From assembly GCA_977017575.1 (NCBI GenBank), contig CDRNVI010000089.1, forward strand, positions 92,912 to 156,911: 64,000 bases of DNA. The letters are read 5' to 3'. Made by a program: the position numbers and the translations under genes. Shown here in pieces: positions 40,865-49,731 of the stretch. The notes below the pieces were generated by a model. The model saw only the letters and a program-made list of their open reading frames with translations, searched no databases and had not been told where the DNA came from. This DNA is from Paramoeba atlantica. Taxonomy: Eukaryota > Protista > Discosea. Every line of letters begins with the position of its first letter. Position 1 is the first letter of the stretch.

Positions 40865-41843
40865 CTGTCCCCCCCATACTTAAGAGTCCGCCGATTTTGG
40901 GCATTTGGACTCTTAAATGGGGGGTCACAATTTTCTGGACTCTTAAGTGGAGGGGTCAACATTCTTTCATAAAATTTCAATATGGCCGGTTCCTTTTTTG
41001 TCTATGTTTTTTTTCTCTATTTTTGTCTAATGAAGGTCGGCGTCTGTACTATCGCTACGATAACAGTGCCAGGGAAGACCACGAGGAGGTCCCGACCATA
41101 CTTCCCCATTACGCACTCACATCAGGAGTGGTAGATTTTATGAATTTGATAAAAATGATTGTCTAGTTAAGGTGTGGAGACCAATAATCGCATAGTGTTG
41201 ATCTGCTAAAATACTCTTTTTCGACACCAAATAGAGAACAACATAAGTTATTTATTACGTGTAGTCCGCACGTATTTTGTCTGGCATTTGCTGAGGGCAT
41301 TTGGCAAAATACATCAAATTAGGATCCTTTGAGCGTATTTCTAAGTGAGAAATAAGTCTGTTTCGGAAAATTTTGACGTTAGCCCGACCTGTTACTGAGG
41401 CATGTTCAAAAAAACTGTCATAAATATTCAGAATATGACCCTTGATATGCAGGAGAATATAATGATATTCGTAATGCAATACCGCGTACACTGGGGATAG
41501 AAGAGAACGGGGTTGGTTACCGGAATGGGGTAACGGAAGGATACCGTGGTTAGGTGGGGAGATAGATGAAGGTGGTTGGCCGGCAGATTGGCATGGTTGT
41601 GCCATGCCTGCCAGTAGTCTGCTCCTTGCTCGGAGAACCATCAAGTATAAATAGCTTAGAAATATTAAAAACGCAACTAAGCGCAATGGGCAGACAACTA
41701 AAAAAATTAAAGAAAATAAAACCAAATAAAACCAAAAAAAAAAAAAATCTGGCGGCGCTTCGCGCCGCAAGCAGCCCGAGGCTCCGTCAAAAAGGACTCT
41801 GAAGTAGGGGGGTACCCCGCGGACTCTTAAGTAAGAGGGACAG
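40865..41843. mobile_element. TA-flanked TIR element (CTGTCCC...TACTTAAGAGTCCG family) carrying a protease-like ORF
   Basis: TIRs at both ends with subterminal GGACTCTTAAG repeats; TA at 40863-64 and 41844-45. Confidence 0.85.
41163..41641 (-). pseudogene. Ulp1/C48-like cysteine protease core (one-base frameshift)
   Basis: LHYEYHYILLHIKGHILNIYDSF (His, Asp), then CPQQMPDK. A single-base shift in the A-run at about 41276 gives TCGLHVINNL (Gln, Cys) and an open frame to TAG at 41163-65. Confidence 0.6.
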
Positions 41844-42654
41844 TATTTGAAGGATCTTATTAATTTGCGCCAATGGTTGGACTCCATTATGCCATTGGTC
41901 ACAAATCTGGAAACAGGGGGGACGGAATCCAAGCATTCGCAGAGATTTGTACAGGAAGCTTGAAGCGAAATGGGGGCGATGTATTGCTCCAATTATTGCA
42001 AAATATGAAGGAGTATTGTATTTGCGTCCATTTGTAAGAAGTTGTAAGCAGGTTGAAAGGCTCAAAGTTGATGAAGTATGAAGAACTTTTAGAAAAACAG
42101 AAAAAGTGCGGAATTTGGTTCAGTTTAACCGAAAAATGCAACAAAAATCAGCCCAAATGGACATTTGTCTGAAAAGTTAAGGGTGGGTGCCTTATTGGTG
42201 CGGAGGGATTTATTACTGTGTTCCTCTTTATATTTTCACTGTTTTTGTTCACATTTTTTTCAATAATCGAGGGTAGAGCGGTAGTTATACAACCACCGCA
42301 ATATAGGCATGTTAACCGGTGCACTGCCCTCGCTTATTTAAGAAATGCTTTGCTGAACAAACAACGCCAATTTCGAGAAAACGGGAATAACCACCCATCC
42401 AAAATATGGCGCCGCTTCGCATTAACCCGGAACAGGGTTTTAGTGTATAAGTGTAAATGCAACGAAAAATGACAAAGATCCCTCGAAATACACCAAAAAA
42501 CAAAGAAAATCCACTAAAATCCCCCTAAAAACGCTAAGTTTATATAAAGTTTATAAATGTAAGTGCATACAAATAGTGTATACGAGTAGTGAAGTGTGTA
42601 CGTAAGTGAAAGTAGCCGATAAGTATATACATAGCCGATATGAGGGTCTATAAC

Positions 42655-43048
42655 TTTAAGGTATACACCAGAAGGTCCCAAAAATCGGTCTGAGCTAAAG
42701 ATCGCCATTGTTAAGGCGAAGGATCATCTATTGAACGACGGCTGGGAATCAGTACTGAATACTTTAAACAGCCTCCCAACTCGATTACAAGAGCTGCGGG
42801 ACCAATATGGTGGCTCCATTGACTACTGAATGTTAAATATGATATTTTTTGGTAGCCAAAAGGATTTGCAAAAACTATAATATTCTTGTTTTCGGAGTCC
42901 AAAAAATCACCCTACCCCATCTACTCTTGTACTCAGAATGGTTTCAACACGATATTAACACTGAGATCTGCAAAATGCAACAAAAATTAGCCAAAACGGC
43001 CGCATCGGCCAAAATTGGCAGGTGTAACAGTTTTCGTGCCACCCCCTG
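42655..43048 (+). mobile_element. 5'-truncated Tc1/mariner element A (transposase C-terminus and right TIR)
   Basis: ELKIAIVKAK...LNTLNSLPTRLQELRDQYGGSIDY* (42692-42829); right TIR ttttcgtgccaccccctg followed by TA. Confidence 0.7.
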
Positions 43049-43050
43049 TA

Positions 43051-44161
43051 CAGGGGGTGTTAGTTTAGATACAGTTTTACCTTGTTGGTACTTTTTCCTT
43101 AGTTCATCCTTTCTTTCCCCGGCAACGGGCATAGTCTTACTGTAATTATATGCCCGTTGCCGGCCGGCACTAAGGTCGGGACTGTCCCTCTTTTCGTTGA
43201 AGCAGGGGACGCGCCTTTCACCCTTCACCCCTCCCCGACTCACTCTCCTGGAGTGAGTGTGTTTCCCTCTCTCGGCTTTTCTTTCTCGTGTCTGCCTTTC
43301 CGAGGAGGCCATGCGTCGCGGTGGCCTCCCTTGAGGACCACTAGACGTGTCCTTCGCTACGACTTCCGGCTCTCCGCACCTGGCGGTCACCCAGCTCTCC
43401 GCACCTCGGCTCTGTCACAGCTCTCTGCACTCGGATTGCCCCCGAAACTGCAATATGGGGATTATGCATCCGGCTCTCTGCACCTGCACATGACAACCGA
43501 GCTCTCTGCACCTGGGACGCCAGCTCTCTGCACCCACTTGCCACAGGCGTAGGCGAACCCTCACGTGATCCACCCGTCGTATGCGGGTAAGGACATGTAG
43601 TGAGGCAAATCTCTGCACTATAAGTGCAGGAAAAAAACAATATTTTCCTTCTATTTTTTATCTTTCCGCCACGTTATGCCACAGAAACGGGCTTATTCCA
43701 ATAAAGGTGTACAGCACCGTGATCGGCATTGTTATAGTCCTCGTGGACAGCAAAAAATCACCCACCGCATACTTTAGTAAAGAAGTATGATGAAACTGGG
43801 TCCTTTTCTGCCGTTGCGAGAGAAGCTCATTATGCCCCACAAATCGGTCAGGACTGCGATCGGCGATCGCATCTGGGATTGAATTGTTGAAAGGAGAACA
43901 GAACAAAACATTTTTAAACACTTTGAAGACTTGTATTAAGATTACATTTTTCAAAATTTCAAAATGACACATTTTTCAAAATTTCAAACTTGCAATTGCT
44001 GTTTTCAGCCCCTTAGGCATAGGGACCTACCCCACTGGATACGGGAAATACAATATCAGGTGACACGTATCTCTGCTAGAGCTCTTGAATGCGGTGCTAC
44101 TTTCCAAAATTGGACAAGCTATAAAAATTTTAACCCCCCCATATTTTCGTGCCATCCCCTG
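43051..44161 (+). mobile_element. Tc1/mariner-type element B (non-autonomous)
   Basis: Termini CAGGGG(G/A)TG with TA at 43049-50 and 44162-63; right TIR nearly identical to that of element A; remnant TLVKKYDETGS at about 43770-43805. Confidence 0.65.
43370..43535. repeat. Six copies of GCTCTC(C/T)GCAC(C/T) with variable spacers
   Basis: Copies at about 43370, 43394, 43420, 43473, 43501 and 43522. Confidence 0.8.
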
Positions 44162-44224
44162 TATAAGTGAGGGGCCGAGGGTGCGGTTTCAGCGCGGTTT
44201 CGCGAGACCCCACCCGCAGCCCCT

Positions 44225-44325
44225 CCAGTGTAAGTATACACCGTAAGTGTATAACCGTAAGTGTATAAAAGCGAGGGTAGTAAAGTGAGCGGTGGTACAA
44301 CCGTAAGTGTATGCGAGCATTGTAT
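44225..44325. repeat. Short array of CCGTAAGTGTAT motifs
   Basis: Three exact copies plus degenerate gtaagtata and tgtatataag. Confidence 0.7.
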
Positions 44326-45560
44326 ATAAGCGAGGGGGGGCTACATTTGCTCGCAGCTGGTTCTGTTGATTTGAACACAGAAGAGTCACCAACAGGAAAC
44401 GCTAAAGAGGTTTTACAAAACAGGTTTCAAAAACAGTGGCTGTTTTTAACTTAGAGGACACCACTGCTGGGCACTTCGCGTTAAAAACTGCTTTCAAAAC
44501 AACCTCGTGCTATCCAAAATGTGTAATGAGAAGTGCGTCATCAAAGAGAGAACCAATGAAAGCGTGTCGTTGAACTGAATAGCATATTTCGGTTATCCGC
44601 ATCATAATTTGCCCGTGGGAAAATGAGTGAACTTCACTCAGAGTGTAGAAATCATGCTGATAACACGATTCAATGAGCCGAGAACACACAAAAGCTACAA
44701 GGAATATTTTGTTTTTTCGATAGGCAATATTTATGTGGAGTTCTTAGACTTATCTATCTTGAAATCGAAAGATTAAATGTCACAGGAGAGTGTACCACTT
44801 TAAATAGGGTCTGATGCAGAAGTAAAATCAACAATAAGCTCACATGGCCTAACTTTCTCAAAAATACGCTGGGACCAGACAAGTGCAGGAATAATGAAAT
44901 TTATTGAATAAATCTCGTATAATTTAATAAGAACGCTCGAACACGTTTGAAAGAGACGTTTTTTCTTCAATAGGTTACTTTACCTCGAGCGCGCGGTGTT
45001 TGAAGAATGCGATATGAAATTCTTCAATAAATAAATGTTCTATAGACCAGTTGTCTTTTCAACGATTCGACGCCCCTTTAAGGAATTTTGATACAAGTTA
45101 AGAGACTTGCATGGTGGATTAATGTTTGAAAATAAGAAGTAGAAACAAGAAAAGAAAACGTTTCCCTTTGCTTATGTAAGTGCATGTAGCAAACCATGTA
45201 ATTTTAGAATTAAAAAATATTGCTCTGCAGTATAAATTTTTAATGCAAAAAAATCCATTTAATTAATTTGCTAAGCGTTTGGGGAAATACAAGAAAATAC
45301 AAAAAAATTGGAACGATGTGCAGAATTCTATATTTCATTTGTACAAGTACTAGTTTCCTTACATCATGAGAAAATTTATGCCACTATACTATTGATGTAA
45401 TTAATGTTCTCATTAAGAAAATAAGAAGAATGTGGTAAACACATTATATAGAAATCTTAATATCTGTAAAGATTCACTTTTAGTACTTCACCTTAAAAAA
45501 GTGTCAAAATATAGAAAGTAAAATAGATCCAGCTTGTTGCCAATGATGGACGAATCTCCT

Positions 45561-46157
45561 TTACTGGATTGGGACTACCTCAAAACCTTGACCATACTTC
45601 CAGTACCAATACAACCCAGTAAGCGTTGCCGCACCCACTGTGCACATGAACAAAACGAACCACACGTATGCCATAAATTCTTCCTCAGTCGCCATTCTGC
45701 CCGCTTGCTGGTGATGCATTTCTCCGTATCCCGCATAATTCGTGGATTCACATGTAAACAAACACTTTACCCATGTTTGAATCACCATGCGGCGGTATTC
45801 TTCAGAGTGCTTGCGAGAGAGCATGTAAGAAGTCATGCGTTTGATTTCGTATTCGTCCTTAGGAATGATAGAGTTCATGTGATCAATCAGTTCCGCACAC
45901 CCCGTAATGACGGCATACACACCCAATCCGCCAGTGAGTTTTTCGGACATGTAGCGCTTTACAATTTCTGCAAATCGCAGCTCAGCTGCCGTGCGTACTT
46001 TAAGTAGAAAAATACCTTTGCGCATAGGACTTGTGAATTTGTTGAGTTCGCGGTAGACAAATCCTTTGGCATAGTGGGAGGTGTAATTGCAGTAAGGGTT
46101 TATCTGTCCTCCAAAAGTTGCAATAGAACCGGCAAGTGTTTGCGCGTTGAAATTCAT
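45561..46157 (-). CDS. Hypothetical protein with C-terminal transmembrane segment
   Basis: 198-aa ATG ORF on the coding strand; hydrophobic tail YVWFVLFMCTVGAATLTGLYWYW. Confidence 0.7.
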   Translation of the reverse strand: MNFNAQTLAGSIATFGGQINPYCNYTSHYAKGFVYRELNKFTSPMRKGIFLLKVRTAAELRFAEIVKRYMSEKLTGGLGVYAVITGCAELIDHMNSIIPKDEYEIKRMTSYMLSRKHSEEYRRMVIQTWVKCLFTCESTNYAGYGEMHHQQAGRMATEEEFMAYVWFVLFMCTVGAATLTGLYWYWKYGQGFEVVPIQ

Positions 46158-47099
46158 GCGTCAGCTGATACGTTGTGCTCCGCTGTAGATGGACGTATTG
46201 AGTAGAAAAAAGTAAATTTATCAAAATGTTTCTAAAAGCCTTTTTATAATTTAAAAACTTAAAAGAGACAACTTTTAATAGAAAAAAGAAATCTAGAGGA
46301 GGAGAAGGGGACACAGATGCAAAGTAAAACAGTTCTGGAAAGAAACTAGGGTGCCTAAGAGTCCCTACTTAAAAGTCCGACAATTGTGGGAATTTGGACT
46401 CTTAAGTTTTTTTTTTTTTTTTTTTTTAACTCTTAAGTGGAGGGGGGGTAAGAATTTTCCAGACTCTTAAGTAGAGAGGTCAGCATTTTTTCATAGTATT
46501 TCAACAACACCTGTTCCTTTTTTTTCACTATACATATATTTTTTTTCTAATAAAAGTCGGGGTCTGCACAATGGCCGTCAGCGTAACATGATTCTTTCAA
46601 TTCATTGCTGCAGTGACCATGGTTCTGCTGTAAGTAGACGAATTTTTGGTCAGAATGTAAACTTGAAGGAGAATATCCGTGGATGCGAGTACATTTGTAC
46701 CGGCGAAGCGTGCTCCACCCCCTTGCGATGTTAGGTTGTTCAATCGCTTAAAATCTTGTTTTTTACGTGAGAGCGCGTTGTGTCTCCTATATTACATGGG
46801 AGTCTGTGCAAATATCACGTGAAATCTTGTAAAAATTCGTGAAGTTTTGTGAAGATTCGTGAAGATTCGTGAAAACAAAAAATCCCCATTGAGCCACAGA
46901 TTTAAGGGACAATGTGGGGGTGGGGTTAAAATGTCCCGTAATAAAGCCCCGAACTGTAGTCTAAAGTATCATGTTTGGAAATACACTACGCTAAAACCGT
47001 AAATTAAGTTAAAACAATATCTTCCTCATTATCAGAATTACGTTCCGTGCCTATTTGTAACCAACGGATATTGGAATGTTGATTGCTAGAATATACGAA

Positions 47100-47964
47100 T
47101 CAATCCAAGGTACGCTGGTTAGGGGATGTTGAATTTGGTCGGGGATACCGCTTACGCTGCATCCTAGCTGAAAAAATCTTGGCATCTGTTGCAGCCCTTT
47201 TCTCAGGCAACAATTCGCTGTCGTACTTCCCATGCCACTCATAACGCTGGTAGGCTTCGATATTATGTACTTAAACATGATATAAAGCAATTGTTCAGGA
47301 GTTCTATGGAGTGTGTCCAGTTTTTGAAGGCTGCATCTGAGGTGCTTGCTTCTTCCCACTCAGGACTCTCTATGTAAGACTTTGCCTTGTATACTTTGTT
47401 CAGGGGAACACGAAAGCGATCGTCATGTCCACTAAGCTTGGTTTGTATTTCTGCCTTGATTTGTGCACGAACAGATGCGAGCGTGGCGTTCAAGACACCG
47501 ATATAACTGTTCCATATGTTTTTGAAAACGGTGGACATTGAACGTTCACTCTGCTGATCTAGGGTAATGCTGAACTTCCGCGCAAAATTAGTCGAAGCAC
47601 GGATAAACTTTGTCTTATCGTCCGACCATGTTATGCTGTTTTGACATGCAACCAACACGTAGGCAATGTGAACGAAAGTCAATCTAAGCCCGGTGACAGA
47701 TCGAAGATAAAAGGAACTTGATGTTTTTTGCGCAGCAGGGACGTCAATATTCAACGTTTCGAAACTTTGTAGAATGTGAGGGGGAAATGCTTCAACAACT
47801 TGACTTTGTCCACAATGAACGCAGACTTCAGTGCCCTGTAGGAGGCCGTCCTCGAGGCAAAACACACATCTATCCCTTTGTTCGTCAGGAGTGGGGCACC
47901 ACTTACAATACACACAAAAGCTAGGGCGACCTGCACGAGGAATAGTGAATGGTGTAGTTTTCAT
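47100..47964 (-). pseudogene. Cys-rich cargo ORF of unknown function (one-base frameshift at about 47271)
   Basis: N-terminal CVYC/KWC/CVFC/CVHC. Removing one A from ttaagtacat continues the frame as LVHNIEAYQRYEWHGK...RTLD* to 47100. Confidence 0.5.
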
Positions 47965-48155
47965 GCGTTTCCCCACTCTTGACGAATGATTGAGGACTGC
48001 ACGGACATAAAAAATAAAGTTTATTCGAAATATTACTCAATGATAAAAGAAAAGTTGAGAATCGCACCAAAATAGATAAAATGACTTGCAGGCGAAAACT
48101 TGTGAAAATTCGTGAAAATTTGTGAAAACCAAGTTTAGCACAGACTCCATGTATA

Positions 48156-48244
48156 CCGTATACCCCCCCAGTAAGGTACCCCCCAGTAAGAGAGATTTGG
48201 CCATTTGGACCCAAAACCCTTTCTCTTACTGGGGGGGTATACGC
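48156..48244. mobile_element. 89-bp deletion derivative of the 19780 MITE (inverted)
   Basis: Same CCGTATACCCCCC TIR (terminal base altered on the right); TA at 48154-55 and 48245-46. Confidence 0.85.
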
Positions 48245-48726
48245 TACGATCAAAGAGTGGGAGAAACTTGGTATTACTAACTTCTCTGAACCATCCAAGC
48301 TAGCATGGGCGCGTCGATGAGAGCCTTTTTCGCACATAAAGCATTTCGTGTTCTACAGGGCGAGTAGACTGCTGCCAGAGAGATCATCGTGACCGAGGAG
48401 GACTCTTGAAGCTCACGGGTCAATCAATTTTATAAACAAATTATAAACTAAATTCCAATAAAAAACTAAAAGGTGACGAACTAAAAATATCAAAAAAACC
48501 CACAAAAAAAATCTGGCGGTGCTTCCGAGGCTCCGCCAAAAATGACTCTTAGGCAGGGGGGTACCACTCGGACTCTTAAGTAGGGGGGAGTATATCGAAA
48601 AGCTATGAAAAACGAAAATAGAAATATGCGCAGCGACATTATCAACCTTGCACGGGCATGCAAAAATGCGTCTGGAATTCTCTAACACACCCATGATTCT
48701 AACTAACACATCCATGAACGCACTCT

Positions 48727-49467
48727 TTAATCTTTACGCAAATCCACTCTCTGCGTTGACAACCCACCTTCCTTGGTCAAGACATACACAATCACGTAAT
48801 CTCCACAGTAAATATCCCTCTCACATGCCCCGGTGAACGCTTCCTTGATCAGACCCACCGCCTGCTCCACCGTCATCTCCCCCTCCCCCCCATTACCCTG
48901 ATGCGCCCGTCGGATTTGATTATCCAACAACGGCTCAATCAAAGTATGTCCGGAGCCCGTGGATCCGTACCGCAGCGGCTCGGTACACCCCACGGCGTCG
49001 TAGGAGAAGCACACCCCGTCCCCGTGCTCGTCCAGCCCCGCCAGCACGTTAAACGTGTACAGCGGGAAGAACCGGCGGTAGTAGAGCTGGTTCGAGAGCA
49101 TTTGCGAGATCGCTCGCGTGCCCGCGACCTGGCGGTGGTTGAAACGGTACCACTGGAGGTTCTCCCGGAGGGTGTGGCTGAGGGCGACGCGGTCGGCTTG
49201 CATCCCGGTGGAGGCGAGCAGGCACTGGGGGGTGAGTACGGTCACCTTGCTGTCGTCCTCCCGGGTGAAGATCGTGTACCCCTCGCTGAGTCGGGTGTCG
49301 GCCCCGACCACAACAAAGCCCGGGCCTCCGATGGCAATGACACTGCCTCCGTTGTCCTCGTAGGGAGACCATTCATGTTGAGTGGGGACGGTTCGTGGCA
49401 GGGAGGTAGAGCCGGTGGAGGGTGGGTGAGGGTGAGAAGGAAAAGGGGGAGTCTCGGAGAAAAGCAT
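48727..49467 (-). CDS. PSMB1: 20S proteasome subunit beta-6 (PSMB1/PRE7 type)
   Basis: WSPYEDNGG, GADTRLSEGY, LYYRRFFP..TFNVLAGLD..G.G...SYDAVG, ERDIYCGD, C-terminal LRKD; likely ATG at 49467. Confidence 0.93.
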   Translation of the reverse strand: MLFSETPPFPSHPHPPSTGSTSLPRTVPTQHEWSPYEDNGGSVIAIGGPGFVVVGADTRLSEGYTIFTREDDSKVTVLTPQCLLASTGMQADRVALSHTLRENLQWYRFNHRQVAGTRAISQMLSNQLYYRRFFPLYTFNVLAGLDEHGDGVCFSYDAVGCTEPLRYGSTGSGHTLIEPLLDNQIRRAHQGNGGEGEMTVEQAVGLIKEAFTGACERDIYCGDYVIVYVLTKEGGLSTQRVDLRKD

Positions 49468-49731
49468 GAAGTAAGAGAAAGGCTTGGAGATGATGTCAAA
49501 AAGAACTATGTTGTTTGTAATTAGAGTGCTAGGATTCCGTAAGTAAAGTGCCGGATAGTTTAAGAAACAACGTAAAATAATATACCCTCCAATGTAGTAC
49601 ATTCGATAACATACCTTCCAAAGTTAAGAATCAAAGCTGACCTACAGGGCGTGATAGGGATATGAGGCGAGAATTCAAGTGTTGAAAAAGAATATAGTAC
49701 AAAAAGCGTTTAAATGTGTTACTTTACGGTC

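Larger units (their letters stand above)
40719..42130. mobile_element. GG-ended TIR element with 8-bp TSD (Merlin-like)
   Basis: TIR GGT(G/T)AAACTGAACCAAATTCCGCACTTTTT (29/30); TSD GAAAAATG at 40711-18 and 42131-38. Confidence 0.85.
39798..42210 (+). mobile_element. Tc1/IS630-like element 2 (internally deleted transposase, DD35E)
   Basis: 33-bp TIRs 29/33 identical; TA TSD at 39796-97 and 42211-12, confirmed by the empty site cttctatta-TA-ttactgtg in R1 copy 2. Remnant IFQQDGATPH...WPPNSPDLSPIENVWS at about 40260-40576. Confidence 0.9.
39320..42302. repeat. R1 family copy 3 (inverted), split by nested insertions
   Basis: 39540-39797 and 42211-42302 join to reproduce the inverted 37556-37912 copy; the upstream 39320-39480 module is shared with the 24.1-24.5 kb region. 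Confidence 0.75.
46361..48590. mobile_element. Second member of the TACTTAAGAGTCCG TIR family (left end degenerate) with a different cargo ORF
   Basis: Right end ggtaccactcggactcttaagtaggggggag + TA and its subterminal region are homologous to 41740-41843; left gtccctacttaaaagtccg, ctcttaagt repeats and the following ~150 bp are homologous to 40870-41050. Confidence 0.75.

Noticed and set aside
41850-42065. Minus-strand ICDQWHNG as a MULE C-terminal motif
   Set aside because: A single weak motif; the short TIR geometry and plus-strand frame fit Merlin at least as well.
43119-43163. 15-bp stem as a CRESS/rolling-circle origin (TATAATTAC in the loop on the minus strand)
   Set aside because: The loop is not conserved in the homologous copy and no Rep gene is nearby.
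43290-43350. GGCCTCCTCG segment as an HDV-like ribozyme
   Set aside because: The nested double pseudoknot could not be built and the segment differs in the 26-kb copy.
26341-43535. Repeat-spacer-like arrays (26341-26415, 28594-28702, 43370-43535) as CRISPR
   Set aside because: Repeats are too short or adjacent, spacers are irregular, there are no cas genes and the context is eukaryotic; better explained as TE subterminal repeats.
44400-45530. 1.1-kb gene-free gap as a decayed gene
   Set aside because: Short protein-like stretches occur on the minus strand, but with multiple stops and no recognisable motif; left unassigned.
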